Below, in pieces: positions 9,496 to 18,588 of a DNA stretch of 64,000 nucleotides. Each line of letters opens with the position of its first letter. The first letter of the stretch is position 1. Source of the stretch: an uncultured virus (IMG/VR IMGVR_UViG_3300020183_000016) (lineage: Duplodnaviria; Heunggongvirae; Uroviricota; Caudoviricetes). Location of the stretch: positions 1 to 64,000 of IMG/VR virus record IMGVR_UViG_3300020183_000016. One strand, written 5' to 3'. A program made the translations under genes and the position numbers. The notes under the pieces are model-generated. The model was given only the letters and a program-made list of their open reading frames with translations, was not told where the DNA came from and made no database searches.

Positions 9496-10599
9496 ATGAG
9501 AAATAGAATTTTAAATTTAAATGAAGAAATAAGAAGAATTAAATCTTTATTTACTGAAGAAAGAATGTATGGAAATCTTAATGAAGATGATCCTGGTTGT
9601 CAATGTGATGATGAAACCAAAGAAAAATATGGTAAATATGATCCACAAACTAATCAATGTGACCCAAAATTATGTGAATCTGATAAAGATGAAGAGGGTG
9701 ATGGTGGTACGACAGATAAAAAAGATGATAAAACCACTATGATACCTAAAGGTTTTGTAGAATTAACAGATGATAAGAAAAAAGAGATAGAGGGTGATGA
9801 GGCAGACTCATTAGATTTTTATGAAACTAAGGATATAAACGGAAAAAAATATATTAAACGAATGTCTTTTGAAAAAATCAAAATGAAAGTTGGTTATGTT
9901 GATAAACCTAAACCAGGTAGAGATTTAGACTATGTAAAAAGATTTATCAAAGATGATAAAGGTGTACCTGTTGAAATTTTTATAAGTAAAGATGCAGAAT
10001 TGAACTTTTTATCTAAAAAAGAAGGGAAGGGTATAAGAAAAGATATTAAACAAGATGTTAAAAATGATAAAGACGTAATAGATGATAATATAGATAGTTG
10101 TAAAGAACATCTTAAAGCAATGTATAAAGCATGGTTAAAAGGTGCTGGTCCTGGTGATTTAGAAGAATATGGATTTGAGACTGACGCTTATAAATCAGTA
10201 GAAAGATGTATGGCTAATTTTTATAATCGATTTGAGAAGAATGAAGATATTCTAAGAATGGTTAGAGAATTACAAGATACAAATGATGATGAAGGTAATC
10301 CTTTAATAGGTGATTATAAAACAGGTGAAGGTAAAGTATCTAAAGGAGTTGAGGGGGAGAAATATATAGTTAAAAATGATAGGGGTACTAAATTAGGGGT
10401 AATTAAAAAAATAACTGGAAATCAATATAAATTTAATGGGGTAAGAGGTATGACATTCATACAGAAAAAAGGTGATAGACTTATATTTAGAAATAATATT
10501 TTAACACAAATATTTAAAACTCTTAATTTAGATGTCGATAAAAATAAAATTTCTATTATGAAAGGTGATGAAAATAATTGCATATTTAGAGTTCAATAA
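9496..10599 (+). CDS. Leader-bearing hypothetical protein
   Basis: LNEEIRRIKSLFTEERMYGNLNE leader; Cys cluster GCQC...QC...LC. Confidence 0.85.
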   Translation: MRNRILNLNEEIRRIKSLFTEERMYGNLNEDDPGCQCDDETKEKYGKYDPQTNQCDPKLCESDKDEEGDGGTTDKKDDKTTMIPKGFVELTDDKKKEIEGDEADSLDFYETKDINGKKYIKRMSFEKIKMKVGYVDKPKPGRDLDYVKRFIKDDKGVPVEIFISKDAELNFLSKKEGKGIRKDIKQDVKNDKDVIDDNIDSCKEHLKAMYKAWLKGAGPGDLEEYGFETDAYKSVERCMANFYNRFEKNEDILRMVRELQDTNDDEGNPLIGDYKTGEGKVSKGVEGEKYIVKNDRGTKLGVIKKITGNQYKFNGVRGMTFIQKKGDRLIFRNNILTQIFKTLNLDVDKNKISIMKGDENNCIFRVQ

Positions 10600-10602
10600 A
10601 TA

Positions 10603-13600
10603 ATGAAAAAAAAAATTTTTATAACTGAAAATCAGTATAAAAGGATTTTTTTAAATGAAAGTGATCCACCAAAGTATACTGTCAAACAAATAGGATATAC
10701 TCCTGTGTGGAATAAGCATTTATTATTATATACACATCCAGCTTATTATGACTATTTAGATGTTCCTAAAGGTTTGTGCTGGAAAAAAAATTCTGACGGT
10801 ACATGGAGTTATGTGTATAGTGATGTACAAATTGCATTATTAGCTAGTCAAGGTAAGAAAACTACTGCCAGTGTAGAAGATAAAGATATTGCAAAAAAAA
10901 GGATTGATGCGGAAAATGAAAAATTTTTTAAACAAAATATAAAAAGTAAAAAAGATTCTGACGCATTTAGATTATGGGTTAATGATCCTGATTTTCCTCA
11001 AAGAATTAAAGATGTAAATAAAGCATTAAAAAGTAATGGTTTACCTGGTACATTAGATAAAACTAGTAACGCACCATATGATAACAAATATATGAAAGTT
11101 GCCTTTAATAAATTAGGTAGATTTTATGTTTTGGATGTCATTGGGATGGAACAAAAGAAAAAAAAGGGATATAATGAGTATGGTACAGAATACGTAAACC
11201 AAAGTCGTATATATAAAGATTATTTAGAAACATTAAAATCTTGGGATTCTTCAAATAAAACATTTGGGTGGACTAACCCTAAAACTGTCAATTCTGATAA
11301 AATACAACAAATATTAGAAGGTAAGGTATCATCATCAACATGTATTAACCCATCTTATATATTGAGATCGATGGAAGAATTAGAGGTTAAGATGTATCAA
11401 TCAATACGTGAATATAATACACAAATTGATCCTCAAGCAATTATGGGTAGATTAGGATTTGATACTGAAATGCAAAATATCTATCCGAAAACAAATAATA
11501 AAAAAGAAAAAGAATTTAACATTTTATCTAAAATGGAAAAAGAAAATCCAGAAATGGCGAAACTGTTAAATTCTTTCCAAAAAGATGTCCCTTCAGTAGA
11601 AAAAGAAATATTACAAAAAGCTGGTCCTAAATTCAAAGAATACTTAGAAGATTATAACACATATAAGATAGTGTTAGATCAAATTGAGTTACATAATATT
11701 ATTATTAGAAATAATACTCCCGAAAAATTAAATAATGCATGTTCAGATCCAGTTTATTATGTGAAAACATATTCTGTACCTGTATCGGCACCAGGATCAG
11801 GTGGCGGAGGTGCTAAAATTAATGAAACTTTTACTTGGAAACAAGCGTGTTCTAAAAATGGTGGGATATTTATGTACCCATCACAATCTGAAGAAGTGGA
11901 AGGTGGTGTAAAAAGAAAAGGATTTATTGGTGGTAGGGCTATTTGTTGTTGTGTTAACCCAAAAGGGAATGCTAATGTAACGGTAAAAGGTGCGGAAGGA
12001 AATTATCAAGCTACTATTAATATAGAAGAATGGTGTGGTAAAAGTACTGGTAACGTTCTAAGTGGGTGGGATAGATTTGATCAATGGACACAAGATTGTG
12101 CTGAAGATTGGCATTGTATTGCAGACATTGCCTCTATCGTAGTTTTGGCAATTGGTCCTTATGGTATTTTAATTAGTGGTATAATTGATGCAATAAGTGC
12201 GGCTGGTTATGTGATAGAGGGTAAAGAAGGATGGAAATTAAATGCAGGATTAACTATGTTAGGTGCATTTGGTGGTTTAGCAGAAGCAGGGAAATTATTA
12301 AAATATGGTTCTAAATTTACAGGTAGATTAGAAGAATTAACCAAAGCTTTAAAAATGGTAGATGGTGACCCAATTAAAAGTAGACAAATTTTAAGAGATT
12401 TTGCAAGAACTTTATCTCCTGATGAAGCTAAACAATTTAAGAATTTTGGTAAGGTTGCTAATAGTGATGAAATAATTAATAAATTTGGTAAAGGTGGTGA
12501 ATTTACAAATGAATATAATAAATTAGATAAAATGCAAAAAGGTGTTTTTGCAGAAATGTTAAAGAAAGAAACACCCGCTAATTTAGAAAAATTATATACT
12601 AAGTCAAATAAAAATTTAAGTAAAATGGTTAATGCTTACAATAAAGGTATTAAACAAGTTATTATACAAGGATCTTTATTTGCTGGTATGTATGTTTATA
12701 GTGAAGAATTAGGTAAAGCGTTAAAAGCTCTTTATGATAAAACTGGTTTTGATCCATTAGGCGTTTTTACTTCTAACGGTGAGATAGATAACTCTAAACT
12801 TAGTCCAGATTTTACTAATATCATTTCTAATGAAGAAAAAATAGATAGTTTATTTTCTCAGTTATCTAAGAGTGGGTTTATAGATAAGAAAAATTTTAAA
12901 GAAGAAACTGATTTATTAGTAAATTTTTATCTTAATATCCAACAAATTATAAAATTACCTAACAAATCTTTAGAAGCGGCAGCTTTATTACTAAATAAAG
13001 AAGTGGCTTTTCAGATAAATGGTAAAAGATATAAACATAAAGATATAAAAGAGGTAATAGATTTAGTTAATCCAATTTTAGAAGGTATATTAAATAAAAC
13101 TTATACAGAACAGGAAGGTATTAATTTAATTAATGATAAAATAGTTGTTTTAAAAACTATGACAAAACCTAATATTAAACCAATAGTTAAAACTGCGGTA
13201 TTAGTTACAGGGGATACTGAATTGACGGATGAACAAATAGACGAATTTCAAAATATGTTAATGACAGGTGAAGGAAATCAAGTTCCAAAAAAAATAGATG
13301 AGGGTATGAAAAAATTAAATGAAGAAATAAAAAGAATGAAATCATTATTTTCAGACGAAAGATTATATGGAAATTTAGTTAACGAAGTATGTGATAATGA
13401 ATCTGAAGCAATTAATTTTTTAAAGGATAAAGGTTATATTGTTAGACAAAGTAATGAAGGAGATTTATGTTTGGGTCCAAATACTCAAATAGGTAAGATT
13501 TACAACAAATACAGATCAAATACACAATTATCATTTCAATCTGGAACATCACCTGACGGTTGTTATTTAGGTATATATAGAAAAGATAAAACTAGTAGAG

Positions 13601-14097
13601 AAAATCACTTTTTTTTAGTGAATCTTTTTGAACAAGGTTTAAATGAAAATAATAGATTTAATATGTATTATATGTTAAATGATAATGATGCATGTGAAAA
13701 AGATATTACGATAGGTTCTTCTAATTTTAAAATGATAATAACTAAAGACGGTTATGATAGTGCAACAAAAGAGTTTGGTATGGGGTTAAGGTTAATAAAA
13801 ATAGAAGGTTTTTGGAATGAGTCTTCAGGTGTAATAAATTTAACTAGTGGTTTAATAGTTAGACTTATGGATAAAGATAAAAAGGCGATTAAAACTAATT
13901 TAAAATTAGGGGTAATAGACGCAGATCTTTCTTCTTTATTAGGTTTAAATAGTGAAAATGGTGGGACAGCTGAATCATTAAAAGATTCCTCAAATGAATG
14001 TACAACAATATTAGAATTTGTTGAAGAGAAATTAGGTTCATCTTTAAATGGACCAATAAATTTAGATGATTTAATAAAAAATAAAATTACGTTATAG
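10603..14097 (+). CDS. Large two-module leader-bearing protein with pre-toxin-like hydrophobic segment
   Basis: IFITENQYKRIFLNE leader; HCIADIASIV...GIIDAISAAGYVIEG segment; second internal leader MKKLNEEIKRMKSLFSDERLYGNLVNE at 13306. Confidence 0.85.
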   Translation: MKKKIFITENQYKRIFLNESDPPKYTVKQIGYTPVWNKHLLLYTHPAYYDYLDVPKGLCWKKNSDGTWSYVYSDVQIALLASQGKKTTASVEDKDIAKKRIDAENEKFFKQNIKSKKDSDAFRLWVNDPDFPQRIKDVNKALKSNGLPGTLDKTSNAPYDNKYMKVAFNKLGRFYVLDVIGMEQKKKKGYNEYGTEYVNQSRIYKDYLETLKSWDSSNKTFGWTNPKTVNSDKIQQILEGKVSSSTCINPSYILRSMEELEVKMYQSIREYNTQIDPQAIMGRLGFDTEMQNIYPKTNNKKEKEFNILSKMEKENPEMAKLLNSFQKDVPSVEKEILQKAGPKFKEYLEDYNTYKIVLDQIELHNIIIRNNTPEKLNNACSDPVYYVKTYSVPVSAPGSGGGGAKINETFTWKQACSKNGGIFMYPSQSEEVEGGVKRKGFIGGRAICCCVNPKGNANVTVKGAEGNYQATINIEEWCGKSTGNVLSGWDRFDQWTQDCAEDWHCIADIASIVVLAIGPYGILISGIIDAISAAGYVIEGKEGWKLNAGLTMLGAFGGLAEAGKLLKYGSKFTGRLEELTKALKMVDGDPIKSRQILRDFARTLSPDEAKQFKNFGKVANSDEIINKFGKGGEFTNEYNKLDKMQKGVFAEMLKKETPANLEKLYTKSNKNLSKMVNAYNKGIKQVIIQGSLFAGMYVYSEELGKALKALYDKTGFDPLGVFTSNGEIDNSKLSPDFTNIISNEEKIDSLFSQLSKSGFIDKKNFKEETDLLVNFYLNIQQIIKLPNKSLEAAALLLNKEVAFQINGKRYKHKDIKEVIDLVNPILEGILNKTYTEQEGINLINDKIVVLKTMTKPNIKPIVKTAVLVTGDTELTDEQIDEFQNMLMTGEGNQVPKKIDEGMKKLNEEIKRMKSLFSDERLYGNLVNEVCDNESEAINFLKDKGYIVRQSNEGDLCLGPNTQIGKIYNKYRSNTQLSFQSGTSPDGCYLGIYRKDKTSRENHFFLVNLFEQGLNENNRFNMYYMLNDNDACEKDITIGSSNFKMIITKDGYDSATKEFGMGLRLIKIEGFWNESSGVINLTSGLIVRLMDKDKKAIKTNLKLGVIDADLSSLLGLNSENGGTAESLKDSSNECTTILEFVEEKLGSSLNGPINLDDLIKNKITL

Positions 14098-14099
14098 TT

Positions 14100-16427
14100 A
14101 TGAAAAATTTTGAGTCGAATATAAATAATATAAAACTTCTTATGGAGAGAATGAATGGTTTTAAAACGTTCAATGAAGTTAGTACAAGTTTAAAAAAATT
14201 AATAGTTGAGGGTATTGGTGATGAATTAATTAAATCGACAAGAAATATAGGAAGATCCATTAATTTTAACACTCCGTCTCTAAAAAATTTAGAGAATAGT
14301 GCTGAAAGAATGGGTGATGCAATCGATAATTATGATACTGCGATAAGGAATATAAGATCAGGTGGTTCATTTGAAAACCTTAAAAATTTATTAAATGCAA
14401 AAAGTCTAAGAATAACAATGGATAATTTTGCAGAAAATTTAACCACTACTTTTTTAAAATATTTTGATGAACAAAATATTTCAGTAAATAGAGTTAATTT
14501 AAAAAATTATATAATGGGTAATACTATGGAAATGCCTGCAGATGTTTTGAGGAATTTAACTCCTTCACAGATAGATGAATTAACTAAATTAAATTACTTA
14601 ATGAACCAATTAGTTATTACAGATTTTCATTTAGATAAATTAAATAAAATAAATGAAATGTGGAATAAATTAAATAAACCTGATGATTTTAGAAACGTAA
14701 TATTAGGTTTTGTAAGTGATGATGGTATTAAATCTATTGATGAATTAGAAAATAATTTTAAAAGATTAGATGATTTAAAAAATGGTAGTACACCAAAGGA
14801 ACAAGAACTTTATGATATTTGGAGAAGGATTAAAGAACAAATAGGGATGAGTGAATGGGACGGAAAGGATTTTAGAACCCTTTTGAAAGATAATTTTTCT
14901 AATGACCCTAAATTTAAAATAATGGAAAGTAGTTTTATAAATAAATTGAAGTTTTGGGGGGACAAAAAAATTAGGGTAAAATTAGAAAAATTATCTACTA
15001 AAGATTTAAATTGGGAGAATGTTATTATTTACCATAATAAAAGTAATGGTAAAACATATATTTTAGAATTTAAATCTAAAAATCAATTTAACTCCTATAA
15101 AAAATATTTACAAGATAGAGGATTAGATTTTACTGCACCAGGTAATAAAGATGAAGGTTTAAGCGCGGTTGAAAAATTGGCTAGGTTTCAGTTATTAAGA
15201 AATAAGATAATGATAGGTACTTATATAACTGTTGGGGCGACTTTACTTTTAGCCACTACTTATTGTTTAATTTCAGCGGCAGATTTAGATCCTGAGTCAA
15301 TATATCTTAGGAAAAAAAGTAGTGGTGGAGAAGCGGTAACAGATACTAGTTATATAAAAAGATTTGCGGAATGTGGTTGGGGGATATTGACATTTGCTTC
15401 TAGTGTAGTAGATTTAGAAGATATATGGAGAAGTGAAATTTTAGGACCTTTTCAGGAATTTGACGGTTATATAATAACACAAATAGAAAAAATATGTCCT
15501 CCCGATACAAGTGGGAATGAAAAATGTTGTATGGAATGTAATAATGACGAAAAATTAAAAACAATTATTGCAGATCCTAAATTTATGAAAATATATGAAG
15601 GAGTTGTTAAAAAGTTGAGTCCTGAAAAATTAAAAGAAATTGCCAATAGAAGTGGTATAGAAAATACTGAATCACTGGTTATTGATATTTTAGAAAAGGC
15701 AAAAACTGATAAAACAGTTGCAGGATATTTAACAGAAGAAGGTAAACCTATGACATTTCAAGAAATTCTTAGAATGAAATGTAACCAACAAGCTTTACCT
15801 TGTGTTGAGAAACGTGTACAAAAAATATATCAAGAAATATTAGATATTGTTGCGACAAAAGATTGTGAATCGATAAAGAATGAAGCCTATAAGAGAGTAG
15901 ATGAATTAAAATCTTATGGTGATGCGGGATATATTACAGTTAATGTTTCAGATAAAACCAATACTAAAAATCCAAAGGTATATATTGATATAATGAAACG
16001 ACAAGATATTTTTGGTAAAGTTACTAATTTAGATGAATTTTTTATAATTCTTAGAAATTGGATTGATATGGTAGTTGTAGAGGCAAAATGTAATACAGGT
16101 GCAGAAGAAACAGAAGAGATTGACGTTAACATAGTTAATGATTTTGAGGTATGGTGTGATGAAAATAGAAAAGATTCATCAAAATCAAAAAATTTAATGG
16201 AATACTTATGGGTTGAGGGTGTTGCTAAATTAGAATGTAATGTTGATGTTACAGAAGAATGGTTTAGTCCTGACCCTAGAAATAAGGCTAATAGGAGTCT
16301 ACAATTATTCTCTATTTTTGATGATCACTTTGAACCTATTTTCCCTTCAATAGATAGATTAGATGCGGATTGGGACGATGCCTTTAATTATTGGTACGAT
16401 AAACAAAAAAGTTATTGTGGATATTAA
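14100..16427 (+). CDS. Leader-bearing protein with central membrane helices and Cys pairs
   Basis: NIKLLMERM...KKLIVEG leader; IMIGTYITVGATLLLATTYCLISA. Confidence 0.85.
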   Translation: MKNFESNINNIKLLMERMNGFKTFNEVSTSLKKLIVEGIGDELIKSTRNIGRSINFNTPSLKNLENSAERMGDAIDNYDTAIRNIRSGGSFENLKNLLNAKSLRITMDNFAENLTTTFLKYFDEQNISVNRVNLKNYIMGNTMEMPADVLRNLTPSQIDELTKLNYLMNQLVITDFHLDKLNKINEMWNKLNKPDDFRNVILGFVSDDGIKSIDELENNFKRLDDLKNGSTPKEQELYDIWRRIKEQIGMSEWDGKDFRTLLKDNFSNDPKFKIMESSFINKLKFWGDKKIRVKLEKLSTKDLNWENVIIYHNKSNGKTYILEFKSKNQFNSYKKYLQDRGLDFTAPGNKDEGLSAVEKLARFQLLRNKIMIGTYITVGATLLLATTYCLISAADLDPESIYLRKKSSGGEAVTDTSYIKRFAECGWGILTFASSVVDLEDIWRSEILGPFQEFDGYIITQIEKICPPDTSGNEKCCMECNNDEKLKTIIADPKFMKIYEGVVKKLSPEKLKEIANRSGIENTESLVIDILEKAKTDKTVAGYLTEEGKPMTFQEILRMKCNQQALPCVEKRVQKIYQEILDIVATKDCESIKNEAYKRVDELKSYGDAGYITVNVSDKTNTKNPKVYIDIMKRQDIFGKVTNLDEFFIILRNWIDMVVVEAKCNTGAEETEEIDVNIVNDFEVWCDENRKDSSKSKNLMEYLWVEGVAKLECNVDVTEEWFSPDPRNKANRSLQLFSIFDDHFEPIFPSIDRLDADWDDAFNYWYDKQKSYCGY

Positions 16428-16482
16428 TTTTTTTTTATTTTTTAGTATTTACAATAAATAAAAGTTTTTTATATTATATATT

Positions 16483-17256
16483 ATGATAGAAAATGAATTA
16501 AGTCCTGATTTTATTCCTGAAGAATATAGGACACCTTATGATATTATAGAATTACCTTCACAAGGAATTTTATATAAGAATAATAAGAAATCTGTTAAGG
16601 TTGAATATTTGACTGCGATGGATGAGACTATTCTAACATCACCTAACATTTCTAATGGTGGTAAAATAATAGATATTTTAATTAAAAGAAAAGTAAAGGA
16701 TTTAGGTTTTGATTCATCGGATTTACTTATTGGAGATAGAACCGCTTTAATGATTTTTTTAAGAGTAACTGCATTTGGTGAAGAATACACTCAATTGGTA
16801 TTTAATTCGAAATCTGGTGAGTTTGAGGAAGGGGTAATTAATTTATCGTCACTACAACAAAAAAAATTAACTATAAGACCAGATGAAAATGGTGAGTTTG
16901 AATTTTTATTACCTAAATCAAATAAAAAAGTTACTTTTTCTCTTTTAACAGGTAAAGATGAAGAAATAATAGACATTAGAGAAAAAGAAGATTTAAAAAG
17001 AAATCCTGATGGGGTATCAAATAAATTAATTTTTACTTTAGAACAACAAATTAAATCTATTGATGGTGAAAGGGATAAAATAAAAATTTCTAATATATTA
17101 AAAAAAATCCCTATTATTGATTCTAGATCATTAAGGAAATACATTGAAGAGGTAAATCCTGGATTAGATTTTAAAACTACCGCTAGGACTCAGGGGGGAG
17201 AGTCCGTAGATACCTTTCTTAGATTCAACACGACTTTTTTCTGGCCTGAACTCTGA
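16483..17256 (+). CDS. Tail/baseplate assembly chaperone (T4 gp26-like)
   Basis: IELPSQG.LY, VEYLTAMDETILTS, LLIGDR..LMIFLR.TAFG, DSRSLRKYI, C-terminal FFWP. Lies between tube and tape measure. Confidence 0.8.
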   Translation: MIENELSPDFIPEEYRTPYDIIELPSQGILYKNNKKSVKVEYLTAMDETILTSPNISNGGKIIDILIKRKVKDLGFDSSDLLIGDRTALMIFLRVTAFGEEYTQLVFNSKSGEFEEGVINLSSLQQKKLTIRPDENGEFEFLLPKSNKKVTFSLLTGKDEEIIDIREKEDLKRNPDGVSNKLIFTLEQQIKSIDGERDKIKISNILKKIPIIDSRSLRKYIEEVNPGLDFKTTARTQGGESVDTFLRFNTTFFWPEL

Positions 17257-17392
17257 ATATCTTCTTTATCTTCATAAAGAAATCAATTTTTTAGTTAGAG
17301 TTGGTGGTTATACATATTCAGATATTATGATTATGCCCACTTTTTCTAGAAAAATAATGATTAAACAAAATATTTCAAACAAAGAAAAATAA
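17234..17392 (+). CDS. Overlapping +1-frame ORF, probable frameshift extension of the chaperone (gp51/gpGT-like)
   Basis: LFSGLNSEYLLYLHKEINFLVRVGGYTYSDIMIMPTFSRKIMIKQNISNKEK*. No ATG until 17327. T6 run at 17235-17240. Confidence 0.65.
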   Translation, partial: LFSGLNSEYLLYLHKEINFLVRVGGYTYSDIMIMPTFSRKIMIKQNISNKEK

Positions 17393-17435
17393 AATTTTAT
17401 AGTTTTTATAATATTTATATTATAAATGAAAAATC

Positions 17436-18587
17436 ATGTTATATAAAAAAAACGGAAAAATTTTAGACATACTATATTTAATGTCTGAGTCTATTGATAA
17501 TCTTTTAGGTGAAGGTATAATTGTTACACCAGATTCTAATGGAGAAGTCAAAACAAAAAAACAAAAGTTTACGGTAGTTGAAGATGATCAATTACCTCCT
17601 AACACTGATACTGAATTTTATATTGAATTAAAAGATGCTAAAGAATATAAAAGTGACGTAAAAGTAGGTGATGAAATAGAAATAGAGGTGGTTGATATGG
17701 AATCTATGACTGATGATGGACTTTTAGATTTTTTATCTAGTGATGAAATAAGTGCAGAAGATTTAGAAAAAATTGTATTAGCTAGGGGGACAACTATAAG
17801 AGTTGCTGGGAAAGTATTAAAATATGGTCCTAGACAAATAAGTAGAATTAAAAAAGTTGCTAGTGCGGCATTACAAATGAAAAAATATGCCGAAAGATAT
17901 GGAAAAAAAGTAGAACATAGTAGATGTTATTGTTTAACAATATTTGATGATAATGTAGAAGAGGATAGTGGTAAAGCGGATATAAATGTATATAAAGCCT
18001 CAATTGCTGATCAACCAGAACAAATTCAAGAAGATTTATTATCTACTTGGGATTATTGTGAAAATAAATATGGTAAATATATAATTGAGAAAGATGATAG
18101 GGATAAAACCTCTTTATCTTGTTCACAATTAGAAGATTGGTATGAGGATGCAGAAAGTTTAATAGATGATATGATTAGTGATTTACAACAATTTTATAAA
18201 ATAAAAGGTTATAATAAAGAAACCGAAAAGTATAAAGATTATTCAAGTAATAAATCTGTTGGTGAAAAAATAGTTCTTCACGATTACATGTTAATTAAGT
18301 TTAATGGTGATGTAACATATAGTCCTGGTGGTGGTGGATCTACTACAACATTATATAATGATGATCAGGTTGTAAAATTTGAAATATTAAAAACTTATGG
18401 AGAAAGAGGTGATACAGTTTTAGTACAAAAAGAAGGTACAACTAATAGATATATTATGGGGTTTGACACTGAAAAGGTAAAAAAAGCACAAGGAAACAAC
18501 GCTTTTTGGGTTGTTAACGCTGACGGTTCTATTAGTAATATTAAAACTGTTTGGAGTGGTAAAATATTAGAATATATAGATAATTAA
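17436..18587 (+). CDS. Hypothetical acidic protein with leader-like N-terminus
   Basis: ORF track; MLYKKNGK...LMSESIDNLLGEG; late motif at 17411. Confidence 0.8.
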   Translation: MLYKKNGKILDILYLMSESIDNLLGEGIIVTPDSNGEVKTKKQKFTVVEDDQLPPNTDTEFYIELKDAKEYKSDVKVGDEIEIEVVDMESMTDDGLLDFLSSDEISAEDLEKIVLARGTTIRVAGKVLKYGPRQISRIKKVASAALQMKKYAERYGKKVEHSRCYCLTIFDDNVEEDSGKADINVYKASIADQPEQIQEDLLSTWDYCENKYGKYIIEKDDRDKTSLSCSQLEDWYEDAESLIDDMISDLQQFYKIKGYNKETEKYKDYSSNKSVGEKIVLHDYMLIKFNGDVTYSPGGGGSTTTLYNDDQVVKFEILKTYGERGDTVLVQKEGTTNRYIMGFDTEKVKKAQGNNAFWVVNADGSISNIKTVWSGKILEYIDN

Positions 18588-18588
18588 A

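Noticed and set aside
17193..17198. G6 run as the chaperone frameshift site
   Set aside because: A shift there into the extension frame meets TAG at 17207.
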